From Candidatus Midichloria mitochondrii IricVA (GTDB lineage Bacteria > Pseudomonadota > Alphaproteobacteria > Rickettsiales > Midichloriaceae): a stretch of DNA of 32,000 bases. The translations under genes were made by a program, and so were the position numbers. The stretch's first letter is position 1, and the number at the start of each line of letters is the position of its first letter. The notes below the pieces were generated by a model that did not search any database, was not told the origin of the DNA, and saw only the letters and a list, made by a program, of their open reading frames with translations. The DNA lies in the NCBI RefSeq assembly GCF_000219355.1, contig NC_015722.1:840001-872000 (forward strand), read 5' to 3'. Below, piece after piece: positions 9,865-19,078 of this stretch.

Positions 9865-10820
9865 AACCCCAGTTTGAGGTAAGTCTTAAAGAAATTATCT
9901 GATATGGTTTTAAAGAAGCTGTGTAATCATTAAGTTCTTCTCAATTTCACGATAAATAAGGAAAGTGGTTCCCCTAGTAGAAATATTTTGTTTGATTGAT
10001 GATTTTTGCAAGCGACAACTCACGTACCAAAGATCCTTAAGAAACTCGCAGAGACAAAGGGAACGAGAGTCTGGGATGATGCTTTCCGAAGTTATAACGA
10101 TCCTCGTTTTGTTTCATTTGAGGGCATTACCGGATTCAAAGATTTTTACCTAAACTGTTTTCAAATCTCTCTCAGAGAGGGATTGCCGAAGCTTATCAGC
10201 TACAATCGCTTTGTTGAGCTGGATGCGAGACGCGGTCATCCCGTTGGTCATTCTGCTGAATTGCTGCAAAGGGAAACAAACAGGTACGTTGACTCAACAA
10301 AAGCTGGAAGAGGGGTTTTGTCATAACTTACGTACTAGCCGTAATAAGGTCCTTAAAGGCGTCGCTCAGCGTGGGAAAACGTCGACCCGGATGGTTCTTT
10401 GGCCTCAATGATCAAGGAGAGATTATGTCATTCACACTGACTTCGGGTAATACAGATGATCGAGCCGCTGTCGAGAAACTGACTCAATATTCTACAGGCC
10501 TTCTATTCGGAGATCGGTGGTATATAAGCAAAAACACTGAGCAATCAAGGTATTGAGCTCATCACACGGCTTAAGAAAAACATGAAAAACAAAACCCGGC
10601 TTGCGGCTTTTAAACAACTGCTTCTTGCAGGGCGTGAATTGATTGAAACAGCCATCGGACAATTGAAAGAGATTTGACAAATCCAGCACAACACGGCATC
10701 GCTTGCCAAACAATTTCTTGGCAGACCTCCTCTCAGGGCTCTTGGCTTATGTCTTCAACCCAATATTATCTCATGGAAAAATAGGCTCACGGGCATACTC
10801 CTTAACGTCAAACTGAGGTT
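9865..10820 (+). mobile_element. IS982-like element, copy B. Longest copy (956 bp); the transposase is multiply frameshifted.
   Basis: IRL AACCCCAGTTTGAGGTAAG at 9865; IRR ...CTTAACGTCAAACTGAGGTT ends at 10820. IS982-type hallmarks are scattered over three frames: EIFCLIDDFCK, LSEVITILVLFH, FKDFYLNC...LPKLISYNRFVEL, VCHNLRTSRNKV..GVAQRGKTS, INDQGEIMSFTLTSGNTDDR, LFGDR.YISK. Confidence 0.9.
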
Positions 10821-12287
10821 ATATGAGATTTTACTTCTTACAACGGTTTCTGGTCCACTTGCCCCAACGATAGTAAATCCGTTTTGCCCGTTAAAAAATC
10901 AACACTAAGACTGCTATCATAGCTGCCATGCTGGCCGTATACTATATATACTTCCCAGGCCCCAAAGGAAGGGGGTGTGCACCAATTATAATATCGTTAA
11001 TGCCATCATCATTGATATCTCCTCCAAACACTCCATTACACCAACTTTCGTTTTTAGTACAATCTATTTTAAAGCCGTTATTACCATTTAATTGAGCAGT
11101 ACAAAAGCTAGCGGGAAGATTATATACCATCACCATTAAAATCACCAGGTTTAGCAGTAAAACCCGCTCCAATACCAGGAGATCCGGCCATCATAAATCC
11201 TAAATTACCGTTTAGGTTCAGAAGGTATATTTATGAAAGTTATTGGTATTCCTGGTGCCAAAATACAAATGCATATGGCTGCTCAACGTTCCAATTAACC
11301 GCGCTCCACCAAGGATATCATTAATACCGTCCACTAATGTCACCTACATACCCAAGAGCGGCGCCGGAATTCCTTATAGCATTATCATGGATGCAAAACC
11401 CTGTTTTGTGTGGTAAGGCTAGAAATAGATAAGTTTCCTTGAGTTTGCGATCCACCGTGTATCACGTATATTCGACCGTTACCGTTATCTCAGTAGTTTT
11501 TAAGACTAGTACTATACCAAAATCATCAATAAAATCCCCCCCGTTTACATCCCCCAAACTTATTATACTCCTAATCCTTCTTCCTCACTTATAATATCAG
11601 TAATAATAAACCCATTAGATCCATCAGGATCACGTATTTTTAGTATCGGTTGTTCCAAAGTACACAGCTGAGCAGTAGAAGTAGTGGTTGTAGGTGTAGT
11701 AGTAGTTGAAATAGTAGTCGTTGTCGGCGTTGGTGAAACATTAGCAATATGAAAAAGCTGGTTGAAAAGTCCTGTCTCCATTACCCAATAACATGGTAAT
11801 TCCGTTTGTAAGACTAGAGCAAAACTATATCTTAATTATCATCATTATTAAAATCAGCCACCGTAATTCCAACCCAAGCATGAAACATGCCATAAGAAAC
11901 AAATGGTTGAAAAAGTTCTCCCATCTCCGTTGCCTAAATACAGAAGCAGCATCTTCACCCACAGTTACTATATCCAATTATTATCCTTATTAAAATCACC
12001 TACGGCTACTGCTGCGCTAGAACCAAGATCTACAATAAGAAAACCCCCTCCCACAGCAGATTTAAAATCATTTCTCAGTGATACCGAGACTTGTATTTAA
12101 AAAGTAATTGCCATTAACTCTACATCAACTACCATTGCCATTCCCCAATAATATGGAAACCTTTTCTGGCCCGTCATTACTAATGACTATATCCAATTTT
12201 CCATCACTGTGCTTACATCAGCAACTACTACCTCACCAAGACCTTCACCAGCGCTACAGCTGCTGTAAGTGCAAAAATATCACTCAT
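10821..12287 (-). pseudogene. FG-GAP/VCBS-repeat surface protein gene. Heavily frameshifted and truncated at its 3' end by IS copy B.
   Basis: Minus-strand start ATG at 12287 is preceded by GAGGAG. Repeat units are visible in shifting frames: VVVADV.SDGKLDIVISNDGPEKVSILLGNGNGS, ITVADFNNDDN.DIV, LGNGDRTFQPAFSY, LNGNNGFKI...GGDINDDGINDIIIGA, FNGQNGFTIVGASGPE. A Thr/Pro linker PTPTTTTISTTTTPTTTTST lies at about 11674-11733. Confidence 0.7.
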
Positions 12288-12772
12288 AATAAACTCCTCA
12301 AAAATAAAAGTATGCTTCTTATATGATTGGTAAATAAAAAGTCGGTGTTTTATAAAACATTAGATGTGCAATTTCTCTCCAATCGAGCATGGGTGGCTCC
12401 GTGTGTTGGCGTTTTGCATTTGCAAAATTAGCCAACGACGCCCCCCAGCCACCCACGCTCTCATGTCGTCAATTACTGAACTCACCCTCCAAATATTTTT
12501 ATGGTAAATTGATTTTGTGCGGCTTCTCACTCACCTCGCTCCATCATTCTTGAGCCCAACTGAATCTACTATAAATAAACCAACACTTTATTTATGCTCT
12601 GTATACATACTTAGTTGTTAACTTTAAGAGATTAATCTGAAGCATAACCCCTCCATTAGCCAAGGATTACCTCGTCTTTAAAAATTTCGGGCTATATTTT
12701 TGATGAGAAATCATAGATAGCGCCATTTAAGCGCACCCAGTAGTGAATACAACTGCTGTTAATTTATGTCAA
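12147..12772. repeat. 626-bp direct repeat, copy 1 (5' end of the FG-GAP gene plus about 485 bp of its upstream region)
   Basis: Collinear with 15030-15655. I saw about 4 mismatches by eye and no indels (t/c at 12153, c/t near 12188, a/g at 12389, a/g near 12747). Confidence 0.9.
12385..12460. repeat. 76-nt GC-rich imperfect palindrome / long hairpin, copy 1
   Basis: GAGCATGGGTGGCT-ccgtgtg-TTGGC-g-TTTTGCatttGCAAAA-tta-GCCAA-cgacgcccccc-AGCCACCCACGCTC. The 14-bp outer stem has 1 mismatch here and is perfect in copy 2. There is also a 5-bp middle stem and a 6-bp apical stem. Confidence 0.6.
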
Positions 12773-12951
12773 TATTTCGAGTTAACGGAGTATACTTCTT
12801 TAGTTTTTTCGACAACGGCTCGAACTTGAAGGGTTGATAACTATAGCTAAAGCGAGTTTGTAATGGAGAAGTATGGTCCGCCTTCCAGCAGATAATCTCT
12901 TAACATCTTGCTGGAGGCTGTTCAATTCTTCATTATTAGAGGTATATACAA

Positions 12952-12983
12952 CAAAAAAAGCCCAATTTTTGAAAAATTGGGCT
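12952..12983 (-). terminator. Rho-independent terminator of rplM-rpsI
   Basis: On the minus strand, about 20 nt after the rpsI stop: AGCCCAATTTTTCAAAAATTGGGCT followed by TTTTTTTGT. Confidence 0.7.
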
Positions 12984-13003
12984 TCAGAGCAAAAACAATT
13001 AAT

Positions 13004-13459
13004 CTACCTTTTGGAGAACTGGAACGATTTCCTGGATTTTTTATGCCCATACATTTTACGCTCAACTTCTCTACTATCACGAGTTAAGAAATCTCCAGAT
13101 CTTAATATACTATGTAAATTTGGATCCACTTTATCTAAAGCCCTGCTTATACCATGTCTTACGGCCCCAGCCTGCCCAGAAAGACCACCACCAATTACAT
13201 TACAAATTACATCAAATTTCCCCAAAGTTGCAGTTGCAGCAAAAGGCTGATTGATTATCATTCTCAAAACCGGTCTTGCAAAATAATGCTCAACTTCTTT
13301 AGAATTCACAACTACTTTACCAGAACCCGGAGAAAGCCAACATTTAGCTGTCGCTTCTTTTCTCCTTCCAGTTCCATAAAAACGAGACGGGTTAGACTTA
13401 CTAGAGTGGGATTTTTTTATTACAATCGTTGATTTTGTAGCCATATATAACTTCATCAA
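13004..13459 (-). CDS. rpsI: 30S ribosomal protein S9
   Basis: [33 protein letters not shown], and the C-terminal [12 protein letters not shown]. The start could be the downstream Met (MATKS). Confidence 0.95.
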   Translation of the reverse strand: MMKLYMATKSTIVIKKSHSSKSNPSRFYGTGRRKEATAKCWLSPGSGKVVVNSKEVEHYFARPVLRMIINQPFAATATLGKFDVICNVIGGGLSGQAGAVRHGISRALDKVDPNLHSILRSGDFLTRDSREVERKMYGHKKSRKSFQFSKR

Positions 13460-13465
13460 AATAAA

Positions 13466-13915
13466 TTAGCGAACGTCTATTAAAGATGGTTGTTGAGCTT
13501 CATGCTTATGAACACTTGCCGCATATACATAAAGATTTTTAAACTGCTTGCGGGCTAACGGGCTTTCTTTTGGCATCATACGCTTAACCGCATTCTTCAA
13601 CAACCTTTCAGGATACCTTCCTTGAATGATTTGCCCAAAACTCCTTTCTTTTATCCCACCAGGATGGCCTGTATGCCAATAAAACTTGTTTTGTTCTAAT
13701 TTTTTACCTGTTAACTTAATTTGAGCAGCGTTAACAATAACAATATTATCTCCGCAATCAATAAAGGGGGTATAATAAGGTTTATGCTTGCCTCTCAACA
13801 TCCTTGCAATTTTCGCAGCAAGTCTACCCAGAACCATATCTTTTGCATCAATTAAAAGCCACTTCTTCTCAACAGAAGATGGATTTGCAAAAAACGTACC
13901 AGCCGTATAAGACAT
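13466..13915 (-). CDS. rplM: 50S ribosomal protein L13
   Basis: [34 protein letters not shown], and [13 protein letters not shown]. 149 aa, immediately upstream of rpsI (the conserved rplM-rpsI operon). Confidence 0.95.
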   Translation of the reverse strand: MSYTAGTFFANPSSVEKKWLLIDAKDMVLGRLAAKIARMLRGKHKPYYTPFIDCGDNIVIVNAAQIKLTGKKLEQNKFYWHTGHPGGIKERSFGQIIQGRYPERLLKNAVKRMMPKESPLARKQFKNLYVYAASVHKHEAQQPSLIDVR

Positions 13916-14008
13916 AAATATTCATCAATTTTTTAAAACGAGAACGATTATGCGTATAGAAGGCGCTTTTGTCAACAGGAGATATTAACTTTAGCAAATT
14001 ATCTTTAA

Positions 14009-14118
14009 CTAAGAAGCGATTTCTAATATCTTGCCCCATTCAACTTCAGTAACAGGAGAAATTGATGACCACGTTTGTGCTTTAAGAATCTTCATACCCT
14101 TTATTTCATTGGTGTTCT
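14009..14118 (-). pseudogene. 3'-terminal remnant (about 35 codons) of an unidentified gene, cut off by IS copy C
   Basis: The minus-strand frame is open from the IS boundary: NTNEIKGMKILKAQTWSSISPVTEVEWGKILEIAS*. No start codon context. Identity unknown. Confidence 0.3.
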
Positions 14119-15029
14119 AACCTCAGTTTGACGTAAGGAGTAGGCCCGCGAGCCTATTTTTCCTGAGATATATTGGGTTTGAAGACATAAGCTAAGAGCC
14201 CTGAGAAGAGAGGTCTGCCAAGAAATTGTTTGGCAAGCGATGCCGTGTTGTGCTGGATTTGGCAAATCTCTTTCAATTCTCCGATGGCTGTTTCAATCAA
14301 TCCACGCCCTGCAAGAAGCAGTTGTTTAAAAGCCGCAAGCGGGTTTTGTCCTTGATTGCTCAGTGTTTGCTTATATACCACCGATCTCCGAATAGAAGGC
14401 CTGTCAAATATTGAGTCAGTTTCTCGACAACGGCTCGATCATCTGTATTACCCGAAGTCAGTGTGAATGACATAATCTCTCCTTGATCATTGAGGCCAAA
14501 GAACCATCCGGGTCGACGTTTTCCCACGCTGAGCGGTGCCTTTAAAGGCCTTATTACTGCTAGTACGTAAGTTATGACAAACCTTTTCCAGCTTTTTGTT
14601 GAGTCAACGTACCTGTTTGTTTCCCTTTGCAGCAATTCAGCAGAATGACCAACGGGATGACCGCGTCTCGCATCAGCTCAACAAAGCGATTGTAGCTGAT
14701 AAGCTTCGGCAACTCCTCTCTGAAAGAGATTTGAACACAGTTTAGGTAAAAATCTTTGAATCCGGTAATGCCCTCAAATGAAACAAAACGAGGATCGTTA
14801 TAACTTCGGAAAGCATCATCCCAGACTCTCATTCCCTTTGTCTCTGCGAGTTTCTTAAGGATCTTTGGTACATGAGTTGTTGCTTGCAAAAATCATCAAT
14901 CAAACAAAATACTTCTACCAGGGGAACCACTTTTCTTATCTACCGTGAAATTGAGAAAAACTTAATGGTTACACAGCTTCTTTAAAACCATATCAGATAA
15001 TTTCTTTAAACTTACCTCAAACTGGGGTT
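14119..15029 (-). mobile_element. IS982-like element, copy C (911 bp, frameshifted)
   Basis: Same termini as the other copies (AACCTCAGTTTGACG at 14119, ...CTCAAACTGGGGTT ending at 15029). Transposase fragments are ORFs 14154-14381, 14360-14635 and 14572-14889. It lacks the extra C present in copies A, B and D at gcatc(c)agctc, so FVELMRDAVIPLVILLNCCKGKQTGT stays in frame here. Confidence 0.9.
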
Positions 15030-15170
15030 AATAATACGGAAACCTTTTCTGGCCCGTCATTACTAATGATTATATCCAATTTTCCATCACTGTGCTTACA
15101 TCAGCAACTACTACCTCACCAAGACCTTCACCAGCGCTACAGCTGCTGTAAGTGCAAAAATATCACTCAT
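15030..15170 (-). pseudogene. 5' fragment (141 bp) of a second FG-GAP/VCBS-repeat gene copy, truncated by IS copy C
   Basis: Same SD + ATG (at 15170) and the same first codons as the 12287 start. The sequence stops at the IS end. Confidence 0.6.
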
Positions 15171-15267
15171 AATAAACTCCTCAAAAATAAAAGTATGCTT
15201 CTTATATGATTGGTAAATAAAAAGTCGGTGTTTTATAAAACATTAGATGTGCAATTTCTCTCCAATC

Positions 15268-15343
15268 GAGCGTGGGTGGCTCCGTGTGTTGGCGTTTTGC
15301 ATTTGCAAAATTAGCCAACGACGCCCCCCAGCCACCCACGCTC
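15268..15343. repeat. 76-nt GC-rich palindrome / long hairpin, copy 2 (perfect 14-bp outer stem)
   Basis: GAGCGTGGGTGGCT ... AGCCACCCACGCTC. Otherwise identical to copy 1. Confidence 0.6.
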
Positions 15344-15937
15344 TCATGTCGTCAATTACTGAACTCACCCTCCAAATATTTTTATGGTAAATTGATTTTG
15401 TGCGGCTTCTCACTCACCTCGCTCCATCATTCTTGAGCCCAACTGAATCTACTATAAATAAACCAACACTTTATTTATGCTCTGTATACATACTTAGTTG
15501 TTAACTTTAAGAGATTAATCTGAAGCATAACCCCTCCATTAGCCAAGGATTACCTCGTCTTTAAAAATTTCGGGCTATATTTTTGATGAGAAATCATAGA
15601 TAGCGCCATTTAAGCGCACCCAGTAGTGAGTACAACTGCTGTTAATTTATGTCAACACTTCATTTAAAATATTTTTTAATTAATCCGCGATATCAATAAC
15701 ATAGCGTCACTTCATCCAAAAACATATTAAGGTACCACAATGTCATACCACACAAAGCGTCCTTCCCTTAGTTAAAAAGAACGATAAGCTCATAGATCCG
15801 GTTACTTTTTTCTAGTCTTGCACGCAAAATGTTCTATAAACTAGGATTTCCGGCGATTCTATCTAATATAAACCCGTTTATAATTCCATATTAATCTTTA
15901 TTCCTACAACATATCTATTGAGAATTAATTAACATTC

Positions 15938-16489
15938 ATGTATTTAAATTATAAAAACGGTTTGAGTTTCTCTACAATGCAGAATATCGTAGATTATAGC
16001 AAGTTACTCGATGATGCTATGTATGTTATAGTAAAAAAAGTGCTTGCCTCAGTTTCTAAAAATGGGTTGCCAGGTAATCACCATTTTTTTATTTCGTTCG
16101 CAACAGAACACCCAGGAGTTATACTTTCAAAAAGATTAGCGGCCCAATATCCTAAAGACATGACAATAGTGTTACAATATCAATTTGATAATTTAAAGGT
16201 ACTGGAGGAACACTTTGAAGTTTCTTTAAATTTTAACGGAATTAACGAACACATAGTGGTACCATTTGCAGCTATAGAGGTTTTCGCCGACCCAAGTGTG
16301 TCCTTTTCTTTGCAGTTTAAAAGCAACCATCTCATTTCTGACGAAACAAATCGAGTTTATCTTGAAGACAATCACTATACTAAAGATACAGAGCTAGCGG
16401 AGCCCGCCAAGATTCCTTACAATCCGCCAAGAAAGAATAATATTATATCCTTAGCTGATTATAAAAGAAAAAAACAATTGAAGCACTAG
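15938..16489 (+). CDS. sspB: SspB-like ClpXP adaptor (alphaproteobacterial type)
   Basis: LPGNHHFFISFATEHPGVILSKRLAAQYPKDMTIVLQYQFDNLKV...VVPFAAIEVFADPSVSFSLQF matches the alphaproteobacterial SspB core. The C-terminal IISLADYKRKK resembles the ClpX-binding tail. The true start may be Met14 (15977). Confidence 0.7.
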   Translation: MYLNYKNGLSFSTMQNIVDYSKLLDDAMYVIVKKVLASVSKNGLPGNHHFFISFATEHPGVILSKRLAAQYPKDMTIVLQYQFDNLKVLEEHFEVSLNFNGINEHIVVPFAAIEVFADPSVSFSLQFKSNHLISDETNRVYLEDNHYTKDTELAEPAKIPYNPPRKNNIISLADYKRKKQLKH

Positions 16490-16491
16490 TT

Positions 16492-17433
16492 ATGAAGGTT
16501 ATTTTTATGGGAACACCAAAATTTGCCGTTCCTGCACTAATAAAGCTATTGGAAAACCCTAATTTCAATGTCGTTGGAGTGTATACAAAACCGCCTAAGG
16601 CCTCCGGTCGAGGTATGAATTTAGTTAAATCTCCAATACAAGTTCTAGCAGAAGCACATAATATACCAGTTGTTACTCCTAAAACTTTAAGAGATAGTGA
16701 AGTCTTAGATAAATTAAAGAGTTTTGCAGCTGATATCATCGTTGTCGCTGCCTACGGCCTCATTTTACCTACCACTGTATTAGAAACAACTGAATACGGG
16801 TGTATCGATATACACCCTTCTGATTTACCAAGATGGCGTGGTGCCGCCCCCATTCAAAGAACTATAATGGCTGGTGATAAACAGACCGCCGTATGCATTA
16901 TGAAAATGGATGAAGGATTAGATACTGGTGATGTCATTTTACGCCATAAAATTGAAATACCAAAAAACATAACTGCCGCTGAATTAGAAAATATACTAGC
17001 AAATCTGGGTGCGGATAAGTTACTAGACGCACTGCTGCTTATTAAAAATGATGAAGCGACTTATGAGAAACAGAAAGAAGAAGGAGTAACTTACGCTAAC
17101 AAAATAGATAGATCGGAAGAAAAGATTAATTGGCAGAGGTCAGCTGCAGAAATCATAGCTCAGATTCGTACATTTTCTCCTCCTTATCCAGGGGCTTATT
17201 TTGTCTATAATAACGAAGTCGTTAAAGTTATAGATGCAGTTCATATAAATACTACCAATTCTCAGCAATCCACCAAGGTAATCCCAGGCTTAGTAATGGA
17301 TAATAACCTCACTATAGCATGCGGCTCTGAATTTATACGACCAACTCTATTACAACGCCCTGGAAGAAAAATGATTCACACCGAGGCCTTTTTGCGGGGA
17401 TTTCCTATACCTAAAGAAGTAAAAGTCAAGTAA
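16492..17433 (+). CDS. fmt: Methionyl-tRNA formyltransferase
   Basis: MKVIFMGTPKFAVPAL, VVAAYGLILP, IHPSDLPRWRGAAPIQRTIMAGD. 313 aa. Confidence 0.95.
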   Translation: MKVIFMGTPKFAVPALIKLLENPNFNVVGVYTKPPKASGRGMNLVKSPIQVLAEAHNIPVVTPKTLRDSEVLDKLKSFAADIIVVAAYGLILPTTVLETTEYGCIDIHPSDLPRWRGAAPIQRTIMAGDKQTAVCIMKMDEGLDTGDVILRHKIEIPKNITAAELENILANLGADKLLDALLLIKNDEATYEKQKEEGVTYANKIDRSEEKINWQRSAAEIIAQIRTFSPPYPGAYFVYNNEVVKVIDAVHINTTNSQQSTKVIPGLVMDNNLTIACGSEFIRPTLLQRPGRKMIHTEAFLRGFPIPKEVKVK

Positions 17434-17686
17434 ATAGGTATTTGTAGATATAATTTTTACCGATTTTGCCGTAACCGTAATTGACTTCCCATTATACTTC
17501 AGCTAGCCTTACTTTTACTTAAACGGCTAAGGTGTGTGGGTTTTGCTGATTCGCTAAAGAAGAGGGCGCTAAAGCTAAAGTGTGTTGGTTTGAGCAAAGT
17601 GCAGATCTTGTATACCTGCTTGAGGATATATTTCTACCTAAAGGTGGATTTACCTTATAAAATTAACACCAGCCGAGGAAAACAAG

Positions 17687-18813
17687 ATGAGTAACAAAGG
17701 ATCAGAAACTCACACGATGTGGTTCCCCTAGTGGTGCGGCTCATATCAAAGGGAAACAAATTAAAGCCAAAAAATGCCTCTAACTACGTCATTCAAAAAA
17801 ATATAAAATCAAAAAAGAGACCAAAGCTTATAGGCAATCAACAATCACGCTCTACGAATTATAGCGACCCTATGTACCTTCAACAATTACTTGAGCGAAG
17901 CCAAGCAACAATAGCATTAACCTGCTTAATAATAAAAAATTATTACGAGTTGAAAGCAAGGCGGTCGAATTTAGATAAAATACGCTTACTAACAAATCAT
18001 GCTTTTTTGGCTATCGATTCCTCGATTATTGATTTCTTAAACAAAAAATACTCCAGAAGAAAGTTTGCCACTTATGGCATGTCAATCCTCTGAGCCATTT
18101 CAAGTTAAGACAAAAGTACTGGATCCAACTGATATTGTATGGGCACCCTGCCTAGCAAAGGATATTGTAATGTGCATCCGTGACCTATCCGACGAAGTAA
18201 AAGATAATTCAAATCCTTTTATATCTTCCTCAGTCGCCTTCAAAGAGGCATACCTCCCAAGAGAAAAGTATATTTCTGCAACTCCTATAAGAGGAAAACA
18301 GTTAATCAGTATAATACATGAAGTACTCTTATTCAGTAAAACAGGGGGAGCTTCAGGTAAGCTTTACCCTGCTCATATTTATGTTGTTAGTGACCCAGCG
18401 CCAAGCACACAAAATTATGATTTAATATCAACTCAAAATTCCCAATAGCAAATTCTTTATTTCATGTTAGTACCTCTAGCATTCAGCCTATTATAGAGGA
18501 AGAATCGAAATGCCTCGCTAGCTCTGCATCATACTCAAACGCAGCTTTAACAGCAGTTTATAACCTTTATGTACAAGGGTACTATACTCTCGCTAATATT
18601 AGAGCACTAATGAAAAATGCTTACACATCTTTTCCTAGAATCGCTTGCAAATTTTTCTCTCCCGCCAGAACACCTCTTCAATTGGGAGTAAAAGACCAAG
18701 ATATAGATCTAAGCCAGGAGTTTCATTTATTCCCAGCAGCTGAAGAATATATAGAATACGAACACCTCCTGCTGAAAATAGACCGCCTGAAGAGTCAGAT
18801 AGCGAAGCTATAG
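17687..18813 (+). pseudogene. Orphan gene broken into at least 4 frame segments (hypothetical, no recognisable family)
   Basis: ATG at 17687 (MSNKGSETHTMWFP*), then ORF 17719-18093 (frame 1), ORF 18065-18448 (frame 2), and a frame-1 stretch open from about 18417 to 18813 (FNINSKFPIANS...SSASYSNAALTAVYNLYVQGYYTLANIRALMKNAYTSF...IDRLKSQIAKL*). Successive segments overlap by about 30 nt, as expected for single-base frameshifts. Confidence 0.4.
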
Positions 18814-19078
18814 AAGATATTAGGTATCTATTTATTGATCCATTTATTGATCCTTCAGATTTAATGAGTGTTTAAAATATAATCTACGATCATTTTGTAA
18901 GTTTTATATAGAGCATTAAAAATATATTTTATTATATCCATCACATATAAGGCCATAAACATCCACCAGCCTTCACCGCATTTACAACCTCTGATTGCGA
19001 ACACAACCACACTCATATAAAATTTTCTATAGTGAATTTAATTATGAGGGAATAAAATTTACTAATTACATATACACT

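Larger units (their letters stand above)
15030..15655. repeat. 626-bp direct repeat, copy 2, starting exactly at the IS copy C end
   Basis: Near-identical to 12147-12772, with a constant offset of 2883 bp. Confidence 0.9.

Noticed and set aside
11674-11733. Thr/Pro-rich low-complexity stretch (PTPTTTTISTTTTPTTTTST), considered as a separate mucin-like gene (ORF 11563-11781)
   Set aside because: It is flanked on both sides by FG-GAP units in neighbouring frames. It is best explained as an internal linker of the decayed FG-GAP gene rather than an independent gene.
12873-13432. Plus-strand ORFs 12873-13250 and 13154-13432
   Set aside because: Both are antisense shadows of the unambiguous rpsI gene.
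17709-17722. 14-nt identity (gtggttcccctagt) to the 5' region of IS copy B, at the start of the orphan pseudogene
   Set aside because: A single 14-mer match between a 1-kb element and a 32-kb window is roughly at chance level. Flanking bases do not continue the similarity.
18830-18853. Tandem repeat atttattgatcc x2, considered as a possible CRISPR or iteron
   Set aside because: There are only two 12-nt units with no spacers and no cas context. It is too short to mean anything on its own.
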